DNA of 64,000 nucleotides from Candidatus Oxydemutatoraceae bacterium (GTDB lineage Bacteria > Pseudomonadota > Gammaproteobacteria > Poriferisulfidales > Oxydemutatoraceae), in contig OZ244717.1 in assembly GCA_965218975.1 (NCBI GenBank), forward strand, positions 1,440,001 to 1,504,000. Direction: 5' to 3'. A program made the position numbers and the translations under genes. Under the pieces are notes generated by a model. The model did not search any database. It was not told the DNA's origin and saw only the letters and a list, made by a program, of their open reading frames with translations. Of this stretch, positions 44,967-55,452 are shown in pieces. The stretch's first letter is position 1. Every line of letters starts with the position of its first letter.

Positions 44967-47261
44967 GTGCCCAGAATTAAGCCTAAGATATCAAGTTCAA
45001 GCAATGAAATCAGCGGCTTGAGAAAAAAACTCATTAGCCGAATTCACCGGGCGACTGCCACCTTCTTAATTGCAATTGGCGCATATTTTCTAATCGCATT
45101 ATTGAGTTTTCATCCACATGATCCTTCTTGGGCAAACAACTACAATTTTGGCGCTATTCGCAACTTAGGGGGGCATGCCGGGGCATGGTTCGCTTACACA
45201 TTAAATTTTATCTTTGGCTATGCATCATTTTGGCTTGCAATCATGGTATTTTTTGGCGCTTATTTATTTTTCCGACCGAATGAGAAATCTGCTTTGGCCA
45301 CGCATTTGACACGTTGGCTCGGTCATGGATTGATGTTAATAGCTTTATGCGGTCTGTTAACGATTCACTTCAGCGGCACTGGGATGCCAGCTTCTGCTGG
45401 CGGCTGGCTTGGTGAAATGAGTACGCGCGGATTTGTAAATGTATTTGGTCTACTCGGTGCCAGCTTATTATTAATTGCTTTATTTTTTAGTAGCATCCAA
45501 TTATTAACTAATGTTTCGTGGCTGCGAATTATGGATATTGTCGGAGGAGCTGTGTTATGGACCGGGTACCGGATGAGAGGAACAGTCTCGCAGTGGCGTG
45601 AATCAAGGATGGGTAAGAAAAAGCTGACTCAACGGCGTAATTCAATCAATAAAGAGAAAGGGCGATTTCGTGTCGGTAAAAAACCATCTCCACGAATTGA
45701 ACCTTCGGTTGCCCAACCAAAACCGAGCCAACGTGCGACGAAAGAAAAACAAATAGCATTATTCGATGATAATTGCCAGGTACCGCCGCTTAATATCTTG
45801 GATCAACCGACCGCCGGAGAAGAGCAACGTTTTTCAAACCAGAGTTTCGATAACATGGCAAAACAGCTTGAAATCAAGCTGGCAGACTTTGGAATTGAAG
45901 CAGAAGTGGTTAAAGTCCAGACTGGTCCGATTATAACCTTATTTGAACTATCCCCGGCGCCCGGCACCAAAGCAAGCCGTATTACCAGCCTTGAAAAAGA
46001 TTTAGCCCGCGCCCTATCGGTTCCGGCAGTACGAGTGATTGAAGTGATCCCAGGTAAATCGGTAATCGGTTTAGAAATTCCAAACGAAATCAGACAGACC
46101 GTTTTTTTGAGCGAAATACTTAATTCGGAAGCTTATGATAAAGCGCGGTCCCCTTTGACGCTTGCATTAGGTAAAGACACAACAGGCAAAACTGTCTTAG
46201 TCAGCCTTCAGAAGTTGCCGCATTTGCTTGTTGCAGGAACGACCGGCGCCGGGAAATCAGTTGCGATTCATGCGATGTTAATGAGCTTATTATTCAAATC
46301 GCCGCCAGAGCAAGTTCGATTGATTTTAATAGATCCTAAAATGCTTGAGTTAAGTGTGTACGATAACATTCCTCATCTGCTGACACCAGTCATCACTGAC
46401 GTCAAGCTTGCCACCTATGCCTTACGTTGGGTAGTTGCCGAAATGGAACGACGCTATAAATTAATGTCGCGCTTAAGTGTGCGTAATTTAGAAACTTATA
46501 ATCGCATGATTCTTGAGGCAAAAAAATTGAAAGATCCGATCCGTGACCCGCTTGCTGAAACTGATGAAGGCGAAGAAGCGCCGGTTTTGGACATCTTGCC
46601 GTATTTGGTCGTTGTGGTGGATGAGTTTGCCGACATGATTATAGTCATCGGCAAAAAGATTGAAGAGCTCATTGCGCGACTTGCACAAAAAGCCCGCGCT
46701 GCGGGGATTCATCTGCTTATCGCGACACAACGTCCGTCGGTAGATGTAATCACCGGATTAATTAAAGCAAATATTCCGTCGCGAATCGCATTCCAAGTTT
46801 CATCTATGGTTGATTCGCGAACGATTTTGGATCAAAAAGGTGCAGAGCAACTATTAGGGCAAGGAGATATGCTATACCTTGCACCGGGGGCGGCAACGCC
46901 TGATCGGATTCACGGTGCATTCGTTTCGGATCATGAAGTGAAAAGAGTTGTTCAATTTTTGAAGCGGCAAGGGGAAACACACTACCTTAACGAATTAAAG
47001 CAGGTGGAGGGAAACGATGCAACTTGGGGAAGAGATGCAATTTCGCCGTTTGACGATGATGATTCCGATGAACTTTATATGCAAGCGGTTACGATTGTGC
47101 GTGACTCCGGGAAAGTTTCCATTTCCTTTTTACAACGCCGTTTACGAGTCGGTTATAATCGAGCGGCACGTATTGTTGAGCAAATGGAGAAGGCAGGAAT
47201 TGTCAGTGCGGTACAACCGAACGGTAGCCGTGAAGTGATTGTCGGATCAAAGCCTCAATAA
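44967..47261 (+). CDS. ftsK: DNA translocase FtsK
   Basis: N-terminal TMs, AGTTGAGKS, DEFAD, ATQRPSVD, gamma domain LQRRLRVGYNRAAR. Confidence 0.98.
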   Translation: MPRIKPKISSSSNEISGLRKKLISRIHRATATFLIAIGAYFLIALLSFHPHDPSWANNYNFGAIRNLGGHAGAWFAYTLNFIFGYASFWLAIMVFFGAYLFFRPNEKSALATHLTRWLGHGLMLIALCGLLTIHFSGTGMPASAGGWLGEMSTRGFVNVFGLLGASLLLIALFFSSIQLLTNVSWLRIMDIVGGAVLWTGYRMRGTVSQWRESRMGKKKLTQRRNSINKEKGRFRVGKKPSPRIEPSVAQPKPSQRATKEKQIALFDDNCQVPPLNILDQPTAGEEQRFSNQSFDNMAKQLEIKLADFGIEAEVVKVQTGPIITLFELSPAPGTKASRITSLEKDLARALSVPAVRVIEVIPGKSVIGLEIPNEIRQTVFLSEILNSEAYDKARSPLTLALGKDTTGKTVLVSLQKLPHLLVAGTTGAGKSVAIHAMLMSLLFKSPPEQVRLILIDPKMLELSVYDNIPHLLTPVITDVKLATYALRWVVAEMERRYKLMSRLSVRNLETYNRMILEAKKLKDPIRDPLAETDEGEEAPVLDILPYLVVVVDEFADMIIVIGKKIEELIARLAQKARAAGIHLLIATQRPSVDVITGLIKANIPSRIAFQVSSMVDSRTILDQKGAEQLLGQGDMLYLAPGAATPDRIHGAFVSDHEVKRVVQFLKRQGETHYLNELKQVEGNDATWGRDAISPFDDDDSDELYMQAVTIVRDSGKVSISFLQRRLRVGYNRAARIVEQMEKAGIVSAVQPNGSREVIVGSKPQ

Positions 47262-47303
47262 AAATATTTTTAATCTAATATATTAGACTGTCCAGGTTTT
47301 ATA

Positions 47304-47948
47304 TTGAAATATAAAGTTTATTTTTATATATACTTGTTTGGCGCTATGCTGGTTGCCTCAAGTGCAGAGGTTTTAGCTGCAGAAAATATCCTGACGCGGT
47401 TAAATGGATTTTTGCAGACTGAAACTTTTAAGGCAACGTTCACTCAGCAAGTTTATGATGAGAGAAAAAGCTTGATTGGCGACTCAATCGGTACAGTTAT
47501 CATACAACGACCAAGGAAATTTCGATGGGAGTACTTACAACCCAGCCGTCAATTAATTATTTCGGACGGCACCAATCTAATTAATTATGATCCTGAATTA
47601 GAACAAGCAGTTATTCAGCCGTTAATAGTCAGCCTGGGGTATACGCCGATCATGCTTCTTTCAGGCGAAGCCTTGTCTCAAGACAATTTTGAAATCAATA
47701 TGGAAGGACATCATGATGGATTGGATTGGATTAGCTTGGTTCCGAAAGTAAAGGATACGGAATTCACTCGAATTGAGTTGGGCTTGGACCAAACGACATT
47801 GATGAGAATGCGAATGTACGATCATTTTCAGCAACTAACACTGATCCGTTTTTTACGCTCACAGTTTGACGTTGACATCGAAACCGGCGCTTTTAGAGTT
47901 TATTTGCCACCCGGTACTGATATGATAGGTGAGTATACGATACCTTGA
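47304..47948 (+). CDS. lolA: outer membrane lipoprotein chaperone LolA
   Basis: Signal peptide, FTQQV, RP.KFRWEY, YDPELEQ; follows ftsK. Confidence 0.93.
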   Translation: MKYKVYFYIYLFGAMLVASSAEVLAAENILTRLNGFLQTETFKATFTQQVYDERKSLIGDSIGTVIIQRPRKFRWEYLQPSRQLIISDGTNLINYDPELEQAVIQPLIVSLGYTPIMLLSGEALSQDNFEINMEGHHDGLDWISLVPKVKDTEFTRIELGLDQTTLMRMRMYDHFQQLTLIRFLRSQFDVDIETGAFRVYLPPGTDMIGEYTIP

Positions 47949-47990
47949 ATAACGGATTTAGATACAAACATAATAAGATGAGCCATATTA

Positions 47991-48287
47991 ATGTCAGACG
48001 AGCTTAAACTTTCTCAACGGCTGATTTCGGACATTTTCCAATGCCTAAATCAGCACGATTCACGCTGCCAAAATGAGTTAATCGCTTGCCAATACTTAGC
48101 GGCAATGGTCGGTCATCTTGTTGCACGACAGCGTATGGCCGACAGGCAGAAGGAAGAAATTATTGAAGAGTTATTGGCATTTATTAGACATGTCGTGCGC
48201 GAGAGCATTGTACAACCGCAACCGACACAAGTACCAGCCGCGGACCCGGAGCAGGCATTCGGTATTTGGAAACCAAACGATAATTAG
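47991..48287 (+). CDS. hypothetical protein (98 aa)
   Basis: Clean ATG ORF filling the gap; helical composition, ends AFGIWKPNDN; no family recognised. Confidence 0.7.
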   Translation: MSDELKLSQRLISDIFQCLNQHDSRCQNELIACQYLAAMVGHLVARQRMADRQKEEIIEELLAFIRHVVRESIVQPQPTQVPAADPEQAFGIWKPNDN

Positions 48288-48312
48288 ATTGTAACTTTGT
48301 AGCTTGGGCTGA

Positions 48313-48483
48313 TCAGATTGTCGGCATGATTCCGCTCATTGCCGCGATGAGCAGGCCTGTAAGTAGAAGCGCTAGCGCGATTAAGAAAACTGAGAATCCC
48401 GGTGCGTGAGCGCGCATCACGTAACCTGCAAGCACAAGCAATAAAATAGCAGCAAGTAAAATAGTAAGTCCCCGTCCTATCAT
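48313..48483 (-). CDS. small 56-aa two-helix membrane protein (absent from the ORF track)
   Basis: Translates as MIGRGLTILLAAILLLVLAGYVMRAHAPGFSVFLIALALLLTGLLIAAMSGIMPTI*; ATGA overlap with the ygfZ stop at 48480-48483. Confidence 0.7.
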   Translation of the reverse strand: MIGRGLTILLAAILLLVLAGYVMRAHAPGFSVFLIALALLLTGLLIAAMSGIMPTI

Positions 48484-49517
48484 GATGAATCAGAGCCATT
48501 TTTTTGCGCATCATAACTATGTGCCGGTACTGAATAGGGCAAAGGAAGTAAGTGCATTTCAGTGCCACTACTATGGTGCAAATAAACCCCTGATTCGCTT
48601 CCTTGAGTGCGCAATACTGCTAGTCCGAGTAAAGATCCTTTCAGCAAACAAAAATCTAATACGCTACCGCTGGGTTGATCGATACTGTATGCCGGTGCAA
48701 AAATCGGTGCGCCTATTTTTATAGGCTTATCAAGTGGCTGATTTATTTTAAAAGCAAACATGCGACGCTTTAGTTTCCCTAAGTAATGCGTTCGTGCAAT
48801 AATCTCTTGCCCCGGATAGCATCCTTTTGAAAAACTGATGCCGTTGAGCACATCTAAATTTAGCATCTGCGGAACAAATTGCTCAATTGTTTCCGGGTAA
48901 AGAATCGGTAGCCCGGCGAGAATATTAAGTAGCTTCCAGCCATCAGCTGCGACCGAAGCAACTTGCGGTTCCAAAACGTTTCCGATGGCCGCAAGCTGTT
49001 CCCCCGGTCCATAAATTTCATAGCACTCGGTGGCGCCGGGTAACCGAATGATGCTGCATTGCCGACATGAATCATTTTGAGATGATAATAAGCCAAACGA
49101 TTCCAACAAACGCTTGGCGTGCTTTCCGGCAATGCCGATACCTTTATAATCTGACACAGTAATTGTAACTTTTGCGCGTAAAACAAACATCCGCAAACGC
49201 CGGACCTGATCTTCTCGTAAAGAAGCGGTCGTACGTAAAAAATAGGTTTCGTTTTGCTTAAAAATAAGAAAACAACCATCGGCACGGCCTCGTGCATTAC
49301 AATGAGCGCTGAAATGCGCATTTCCCTCAGATATTCCTCGAATATCGCTGCTTAAGTTATTGTTAAGAAAATCAAAGGCATCTTTACCTTCCAGCGATAT
49401 TAGAGAAAAGTGCGTCATGGGACAAAACCAAGTCGCCGCTGGGGGTATAGTGTGCCCAACGACCGCATCTTCGATTTTTAATAACGGGTATTTATCAAAA
49501 AGTGTGGGCGAAGCCAT
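48480..49517 (-). CDS. ygfZ: folate-binding Fe-S assembly/repair protein YgfZ
   Basis: Signature FSKGCYPGQEIIARTHYLG; FVPQMLNL. Confidence 0.95.
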   Translation of the reverse strand: MASPTLFDKYPLLKIEDAVVGHTIPPAATWFCPMTHFSLISLEGKDAFDFLNNNLSSDIRGISEGNAHFSAHCNARGRADGCFLIFKQNETYFLRTTASLREDQVRRLRMFVLRAKVTITVSDYKGIGIAGKHAKRLLESFGLLSSQNDSCRQCSIIRLPGATECYEIYGPGEQLAAIGNVLEPQVASVAADGWKLLNILAGLPILYPETIEQFVPQMLNLDVLNGISFSKGCYPGQEIIARTHYLGKLKRRMFAFKINQPLDKPIKIGAPIFAPAYSIDQPSGSVLDFCLLKGSLLGLAVLRTQGSESGVYLHHSSGTEMHLLPLPYSVPAHSYDAQKNGSDSS

Positions 49518-49737
49518 TATATTTCTCTTCTAACTGCCGATTTATTTATTATAGAATAAACAGATTTCCTAACGGGTTTTATTAATGGGTAGCGGTCCAT
49601 AAAAAGTTTTATAGTCCGTTTCTGTTTGGACTTCGGATATATTATTTAGGTTTCCTATGAAGGATTCTGTGCTATGCTTGCATCCATATAAAATTCCAGA
49701 GCCGAGTTTTAATGTTTGAAACTTAAATTAATAATTA

Positions 49738-50148
49738 ATGACGTTTGAATCTCGTATGCAACCGCCGAAGCCTTTGTCGCCCCATTTGCAAATTTACCGA
49801 CTGCCGTTGACTGCTGTTTTGTCGATTTTACATCGTATTACCGGGGTATTCCTTGCTTGGGGTCTGGTGGTTTTAACCATTTGGTTAGTGAGCGCGGCGG
49901 TAGACCGTGATTTTTATGAGCGAATAACAGTTATTTTTAGCGGCTGGGCCGGGCAAGTTCTTTTGCTTTGTAGTATCAGCGCTCTGTATCTTCATTTGGC
50001 TAACGGAATTCGTCATTTATTTTGGGATGCAGGTTATGGATTCGAACTTAAGACGGTGGATTGGTCGGCGGTATTGGCGATTGTATTCACATTGCTTGCG
50101 ACGATAGCAAGCTGGTTATTAATTTTGCAGACGCGGGGCTTACTTTGA
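49738..50148 (+). CDS. sdhC: succinate dehydrogenase cytochrome b556 subunit
   Basis: PLSPHLQIYR, SILHRITG, HLANGIRHL.WD. Confidence 0.96.
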   Translation: MTFESRMQPPKPLSPHLQIYRLPLTAVLSILHRITGVFLAWGLVVLTIWLVSAAVDRDFYERITVIFSGWAGQVLLLCSISALYLHLANGIRHLFWDAGYGFELKTVDWSAVLAIVFTLLATIASWLLILQTRGLL

Positions 50149-50519
50149 ACTTGTCAACCTCGACCATGCGTACCCGTGACCTCGGTTCGGCAAAAGAGGG
50201 TGTTAAGCGCTGGTGGAAACAACGCATCAGTTCGGTTGCGGTGGCGCCGTTGGCTTTGTGGTTAGTCTTTTCTTTGGCGCAATTACCGGATTTTTCTTAT
50301 TTTATGGTGCAAAAATGGTTTGCTATACCCCTCAATACCTTTCTAATGCTTGCTTTTATCATCATAGCGTACTATCACATGGCTTTGGGTTTACGTGTAA
50401 TTATGGAAGACTATATTCATTTATTATGGCTGAAAGTTGTCAGCATTGTAGCGATGGAGCTTATTACTTTTATCTTGGTTTTAATTAGCGCTGTGGCAGT
50501 TATGAAATTGTTTTTTTAA
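50145..50519 (+). CDS. sdhD: succinate dehydrogenase membrane anchor
   Basis: [26 protein letters not shown]; likely TTG start overlapping the sdhC stop (ATG 50166 is an alternative). Confidence 0.93.
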   Translation: MNLSTSTMRTRDLGSAKEGVKRWWKQRISSVAVAPLALWLVFSLAQLPDFSYFMVQKWFAIPLNTFLMLAFIIIAYYHMALGLRVIMEDYIHLLWLKVVSIVAMELITFILVLISAVAVMKLFF

Positions 50520-50533
50520 CAAAGCGGGTCCGG

Positions 50534-52324
50534 ATGAATACTGCTTACAAAATAATTGAACATCATTATGACGTCGTAGTCATCGGTGCTGGTGGTTCGG
50601 GTCTGCGTGCTACTTTAGGAATCGCTGAAAGCGGATTATCCACAGCTTGTATTACAAAAGTATTTCCGACGCGTAGTCACACTGTAGCAGCACAGGGAGG
50701 GATTAGTGCTGCACTCGGAAATATGAGCGAAGACGATTGGCGATGGCATATGTACGATACAGTCAAAGGTTCCGACTGGCTTGGCGATCAAGATGCAATT
50801 GAATACATGTGTAAAGAAGCACCCAAGTCGGTGATTGAGTTGGAGCATTACGGCGTTCCTTTTTCGCGCACTAAAGACGGACGTATTTATCAACGCCCCT
50901 TCGGCGGTATGACGACGCATAACGGGAAAGGAATTGCACAACGAACTTGTGCAGCGGCAGACCGTACCGGACACGCAATCTTACATGCGTTGTATCAACA
51001 GTCATTGAAGCATCATGCCGAATTTTATATCGAATATTTCGCTATTGATCTAATTATGAGCGACGATGGACGATGCTTAGGAGCATTGGCATGGGAACTT
51101 GCAACCGGTGACCTTCATCTATTCCATGCTCATATTACGTTGCTTGCGACTGGCGGTTATGGAAGAGTATATTTTTCTTGCACCTCAGCGCATACTTGTA
51201 CTGGCGATGGTAATGCGATGGCAGCGCGTGCTGGGCTCCCACTACAAGATATGGAGTTTGTTCAATTTCACCCGACCGGCATTTATGGTGTCGGTTGTTT
51301 AATCACCGAAGGAGCACGCGGTGAAGGTGGTTATCTGACAAATAGTATAGGTGAACGATTTATGGGACGTTACGCACCGAATGCGAAAGACCTTGCATCA
51401 CGCGATATTGTTAGCCGATCTATGACAATAGAAATTAATGAAGGACGCGGCTTAGGGGAAGAAAAAGATCACATTCATCTACACCTTGAACATTTAAAAA
51501 AAGACGTGATTCAAGAACGTTTGCCGGGAATTGCCGAATCAGCACGTATTTTTGCCGGCATTGATATCACTCGCGAACCCATTCCGGTACTACCGACAGT
51601 GCACTACAATATGGGTGGCATGCCAACCAATTTCTACGGGGAAGTGGTAGACATACGCGACGAAGAGCCGGACACAGTCGTTCCGGGATTGATGGCAATT
51701 GGTGAAGCAGCGTGTGTTTCCGTGCACGGTGCGAATCGGCTGGGATCAAATTCACTGCTGGATTTAATCGTGTTCGGTCGTGCTGCAACAAAACGAGCGG
51801 TTGAAATTATTTGCCCGAAGCAACTACATCCACCGATTGAGCGAGAAAAAGCTGATCGGGTCCTGGCTCGCCTGAACACGCTGCGATATGCCAAAGGTGG
51901 ACTGAGTGTTGCCGCTCTTCGCTTAGAAATGCAAAAAATTATGCAGAAACACGCTGCAGTATTTCGTACCGGCGAAAGCTTGAGAGAAGGACGGAAAAAA
52001 ATTATCGAAGCATGGAAAAAATTTCCCGATATTCTGATTAACGATCGTTCAATGATATGGAATAGTGATCTTGCAGAGGCGCTGGAACTTTCAAATTTAA
52101 TTCCGCAAGCAATTGCCACAATTACAACAGCGATCAATCGCCAAGAGAGCCGTGGCGCACATGCGCGCGATGATTATCCTAACCGTGACGATGTAAATTG
52201 GATGCGGCATTCGTTGGTCTATGTCGACGACCACGGTGCTACCAGAACTAGCTATCGCCCGGTGCATATGAACACGTTGACATCAGAGGTTGCAACTATT
52301 CCTCCTCAAACGAGAGTTTATTAA
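50534..52324 (+). CDS. sdhA: succinate dehydrogenase flavoprotein
   Basis: [16 protein letters not shown] (FAD-His), [22 protein letters not shown]. Confidence 0.99.
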   Translation: MNTAYKIIEHHYDVVVIGAGGSGLRATLGIAESGLSTACITKVFPTRSHTVAAQGGISAALGNMSEDDWRWHMYDTVKGSDWLGDQDAIEYMCKEAPKSVIELEHYGVPFSRTKDGRIYQRPFGGMTTHNGKGIAQRTCAAADRTGHAILHALYQQSLKHHAEFYIEYFAIDLIMSDDGRCLGALAWELATGDLHLFHAHITLLATGGYGRVYFSCTSAHTCTGDGNAMAARAGLPLQDMEFVQFHPTGIYGVGCLITEGARGEGGYLTNSIGERFMGRYAPNAKDLASRDIVSRSMTIEINEGRGLGEEKDHIHLHLEHLKKDVIQERLPGIAESARIFAGIDITREPIPVLPTVHYNMGGMPTNFYGEVVDIRDEEPDTVVPGLMAIGEAACVSVHGANRLGSNSLLDLIVFGRAATKRAVEIICPKQLHPPIEREKADRVLARLNTLRYAKGGLSVAALRLEMQKIMQKHAAVFRTGESLREGRKKIIEAWKKFPDILINDRSMIWNSDLAEALELSNLIPQAIATITTAINRQESRGAHARDDYPNRDDVNWMRHSLVYVDDHGATRTSYRPVHMNTLTSEVATIPPQTRVY

Positions 52325-52356
52325 TTCTATAATTATACTCCGCATAGGTGCATTTA

Positions 52357-53136
52357 ATGGCTGAATTTAGATTACCGGCAAACTCGATTGTTAAAACCGG
52401 CAAGACTTACAAGACAAATGGCGCGAAAAATGTGCGCCGGTTTATCGTATATCGTTATGACCCCGATTTAAATGAAAATCCGCGAACTGACACTTATGAA
52501 ATTGATTCGGATGAATGCGGGGCGATGGTATTAGATGGTTTAATTAAAATAAAAAATGAAATTGATTCGACATTAACCTTTCGTCGTTCCTGCCGAGAAG
52601 GAATTTGTGGTTCATGTTCAATGAATATTAACGGAACGAATACACTTGCTTGTGTTCGTCCGATAGTGGAATACAAAGGAGATATCAAAGTCTATCCGTT
52701 GCCACATATGCCTGTCATTAAAGATTTGGTTCCGGATTTAAGTCATTTCTACAAGCAATATGCGTCGATTAAGCCGTGGATACAAGTATCGACGACAACC
52801 TCTCCTAATAGCGAACGTTTACAATCAAAAGAAGACCGCGCCCAACTGGAAGGGTTGGAGGAATGCATACTATGCGCTTGCTGCTCAACGAGTTGCCCTA
52901 GTTATTGGTGGAACGGTAATCGTTATCTGGGGCCTGCGGTACTGTTACAAGCATACCGTTGGATTGTTGACAGCCGCGATGAAGCAACCGGCGAACGGCT
53001 GGATAATCTGGAAGATCCGTTTAAGCTATTTCGTTGTCATACCATTATGAATTGCACTAAAACTTGCCCAAAAGGTTTAAATCCGGCAAAAGCCATCGCG
53101 CAAATCAAAAAATTGTTGGTTGCTAGGCAGATGTAA
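52357..53136 (+). CDS. sdhB: succinate dehydrogenase iron-sulfur subunit
   Basis: [33 protein letters not shown]...CP. Confidence 0.99.
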   Translation: MAEFRLPANSIVKTGKTYKTNGAKNVRRFIVYRYDPDLNENPRTDTYEIDSDECGAMVLDGLIKIKNEIDSTLTFRRSCREGICGSCSMNINGTNTLACVRPIVEYKGDIKVYPLPHMPVIKDLVPDLSHFYKQYASIKPWIQVSTTTSPNSERLQSKEDRAQLEGLEECILCACCSTSCPSYWWNGNRYLGPAVLLQAYRWIVDSRDEATGERLDNLEDPFKLFRCHTIMNCTKTCPKGLNPAKAIAQIKKLLVARQM

Positions 53137-53177
53137 ATTTGTGAAGAATATATCCTGTAAGATGTTAGACTATCTGC

Positions 53178-53441
53178 ATGAATGAGTATGCAACAAGAAA
53201 GAGGTTAGCTTGGCAATGTCGCCGGGGCACACGCGAACTTGATCGAATGATGTTGTGCTTTTTAGAAAACCATTACTGCCAAGCAAGTACCGAGTGTCAA
53301 ACCGCATTTGTCAATCTGCTTGCGTTACCTGACCCTGACTTACACGATATTTTGACTGGTATTCAAATCGTTGACAATCCTGAGATTACGCAAATCAGGC
53401 AGGCTATTTGCAAGAATGTTTCGGTAACTTGTAAAGACTGA
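53178..53441 (+). CDS. sdhE: SDH flavinylation factor SdhE
   Basis: WQCRRGTRELD motif, LL...DPDL. Confidence 0.92.
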   Translation: MNEYATRKRLAWQCRRGTRELDRMMLCFLENHYCQASTECQTAFVNLLALPDPDLHDILTGIQIVDNPEITQIRQAICKNVSVTCKD

Positions 53442-53448
53442 GGTTTTT

Positions 53449-53994
53449 ATGACAATTCTATTGTATCCTTCAAATGATTTAAGCATTATGACCCGGCTAA
53501 TAACATTGGTGACTTGCTTGATTCTGATCGCATTCGGATGCATATTTGCTTCGACAGCATTTTCTGCCGCGCATTTCCTACCAAAATCGTACATTTTCTT
53601 ATCGGGCTTAATTGCAATTTTTGTATTTTGTGCCATTGCTAGCCGAAGGAGCCGGGCAATCACCCGTCATTCAGCAGATGAAAATTTATCGGATAATATT
53701 AGCCGTTTGATTTTTAGCCGTGACAACCGCTTAAAAAGTGTTTGGATTGGAAACAAAGTGTGCTCGGTTGCTGCTTATACCTGCTACAAACTGTTTCGCA
53801 ACTATCTGGAATTGCATTTAATTATCCATGTTCCGGACACGAATAATGTCCCAGCTCACTGCTCACACCAGAAAAACTGCGTAGTTAATTTATATATTGA
53901 CGAAAGCAGAATTACAAGCGATGATTTATGCCGTCTACGGCGCGCTTTTTTGCTAGTGCCTAAGCTTGAGAATACATTAAGCATAAGAAAATAA
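53449..53994 (+). CDS. hypothetical membrane protein (YgfX-like position)
   Basis: Two N-terminal TM segments and C-terminal D..CRLRR; directly after sdhE, where ygfX often lies. Confidence 0.55.
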   Translation: MTILLYPSNDLSIMTRLITLVTCLILIAFGCIFASTAFSAAHFLPKSYIFLSGLIAIFVFCAIASRRSRAITRHSADENLSDNISRLIFSRDNRLKSVWIGNKVCSVAAYTCYKLFRNYLELHLIIHVPDTNNVPAHCSHQKNCVVNLYIDESRITSDDLCRLRRAFLLVPKLENTLSIRK

Positions 53995-54007
53995 TAATAA
54001 CAACAAT

Positions 54008-54529
54008 ATGGGAACAATATATTTTCAACAAAGAAGCATCACTCCAATTTACGATCCGATATCGTTTGCCGAACTGATGCAGTTATATGCAAAAAATTAT
54101 CGCTTAATGCGGCAATTGTCGGATGAATTGATTGCCAAAAAATCTAAAAATAGCCAAGTGTTTACATGGCTATCCGAGCGGTATGGTTACCGCCTGAAAA
54201 TCTGCAGATCGGGTGCTGATAGGTGGACGAGCACTTGGGTAATTTCGTACTATCTGGTGGAACAGCAAAATCTGCAGCCTGTCGCCACGTTGATTGACGT
54301 TTGTGTACTAATTTACCATGATTCTAAACAAGCGGCAATTGCTCATCCCGCTTTAGTAATTTCAAACTATCTTGAGGGAGAAAATATACTCAACGATTTG
54401 GTAATAAAGTGGCATGCAAACTATTTTTTATTCAATGTTTTATTGTTGTTTTGCCGTTATAAAGACCAGCAGAGGAAACGGTCGTTATATAATAGGCGCT
54501 TAACCGCTAAAAAATGGAGGTCGGTATGA
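54008..54529 (+). CDS. DUF1249-like protein
   Basis: LMQLYAKNY.LM..L, IYHDSKQA and KW..NYFL resemble DUF1249/YqiB conserved blocks. Confidence 0.65.
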   Translation: MGTIYFQQRSITPIYDPISFAELMQLYAKNYRLMRQLSDELIAKKSKNSQVFTWLSERYGYRLKICRSGADRWTSTWVISYYLVEQQNLQPVATLIDVCVLIYHDSKQAAIAHPALVISNYLEGENILNDLVIKWHANYFLFNVLLLFCRYKDQQRKRSLYNRRLTAKKWRSV

Positions 54530-55389
54530 AAGTTACTGTCAACGTCAACAATCTTGATATCAATATTAATATTGAGCAAATTGGAGAAGGAAATACATCT
54601 TTACTGATGGTGCATGGAATACCTACAAATGCAAGATTATGGCGCCATATACAAAATTTACTTCAAGACCGCTACACAACTTATGCGATGGATATGGTTG
54701 GGTATGGCCAATCAGATATGCCATTGGATGCTTTTGAGCATACATTGACCAACCAAGCCGAAGTAATACGTGCAGTTATTGAGCAACTGGGATTAAAAGG
54801 CGAAGTAGTCTTGGTTGGGCATGATCATGGTGGCGGCGCAGCGCAAATTATGGCATCAAAATATTGTTCCGATATCAGCCGCTTAGTTTTAATCAATCCG
54901 GTCAGTTTCGATTATTGGCCAGTATTGGAAGTTGAAGCATTTCACCCCTTGGTAGGCGCCTCAGATGAGGTGCTTGCAAGTGCGATGCAACAGGCGGCCG
55001 CGGGATTCGCTGGTCTGATGCGTACCGGTAGTTACGATAAAATTGCTTTTACTGACAAAAACGTTAAGGAAAATTATCTTCGATTCTGGGCGCGTGGCGG
55101 TGAAGAATTAATAGGATTTAAATCCTTAGTTAAAGTTTGTTCGCAACCTAGCAATACGGAAACGTTGGCAATCAACTACTCAGGAATTACTTGTCCGACT
55201 CTGATTTGTTGGGCATTACACGACGCTTGGATGCCAAAAGAAGCAGCATCGCAAATCAAGGAGAAAATAACAGGACCGGTAAGGCTTCAACATATTGAGC
55301 GTGCGGGCCATTACGTGCCGGAAGACCGTCCCGATCAAATTGCTTGGTATCTGGATGATTTTATCACTGAGTGGTCAGGCGTTAAATAA
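54526..55389 (+). CDS. alpha/beta hydrolase (epoxide hydrolase/dehalogenase-like, Asp nucleophile)
   Basis: HGIPT, DMVGYGQSD, GHDHGG, AGHYVPEDRP; GGAGG RBS and ATGA overlap. Confidence 0.9.
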   Translation: MKVTVNVNNLDININIEQIGEGNTSLLMVHGIPTNARLWRHIQNLLQDRYTTYAMDMVGYGQSDMPLDAFEHTLTNQAEVIRAVIEQLGLKGEVVLVGHDHGGGAAQIMASKYCSDISRLVLINPVSFDYWPVLEVEAFHPLVGASDEVLASAMQQAAAGFAGLMRTGSYDKIAFTDKNVKENYLRFWARGGEELIGFKSLVKVCSQPSNTETLAINYSGITCPTLICWALHDAWMPKEAASQIKEKITGPVRLQHIERAGHYVPEDRPDQIAWYLDDFITEWSGVK

Positions 55390-55452
55390 ATTAACTACTT
55401 GTTGTATTCAAAGTGAGACATTCGTCCATAGAAATTATGGATGATTAAGTTT

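Noticed and set aside
48284-48568. Listed 94-aa Cys-rich ORF
   Set aside because: It overlaps ygfZ by about 90 bp and has odd composition; the 56-aa ORF in another frame with an ATGA overlap is more credible.
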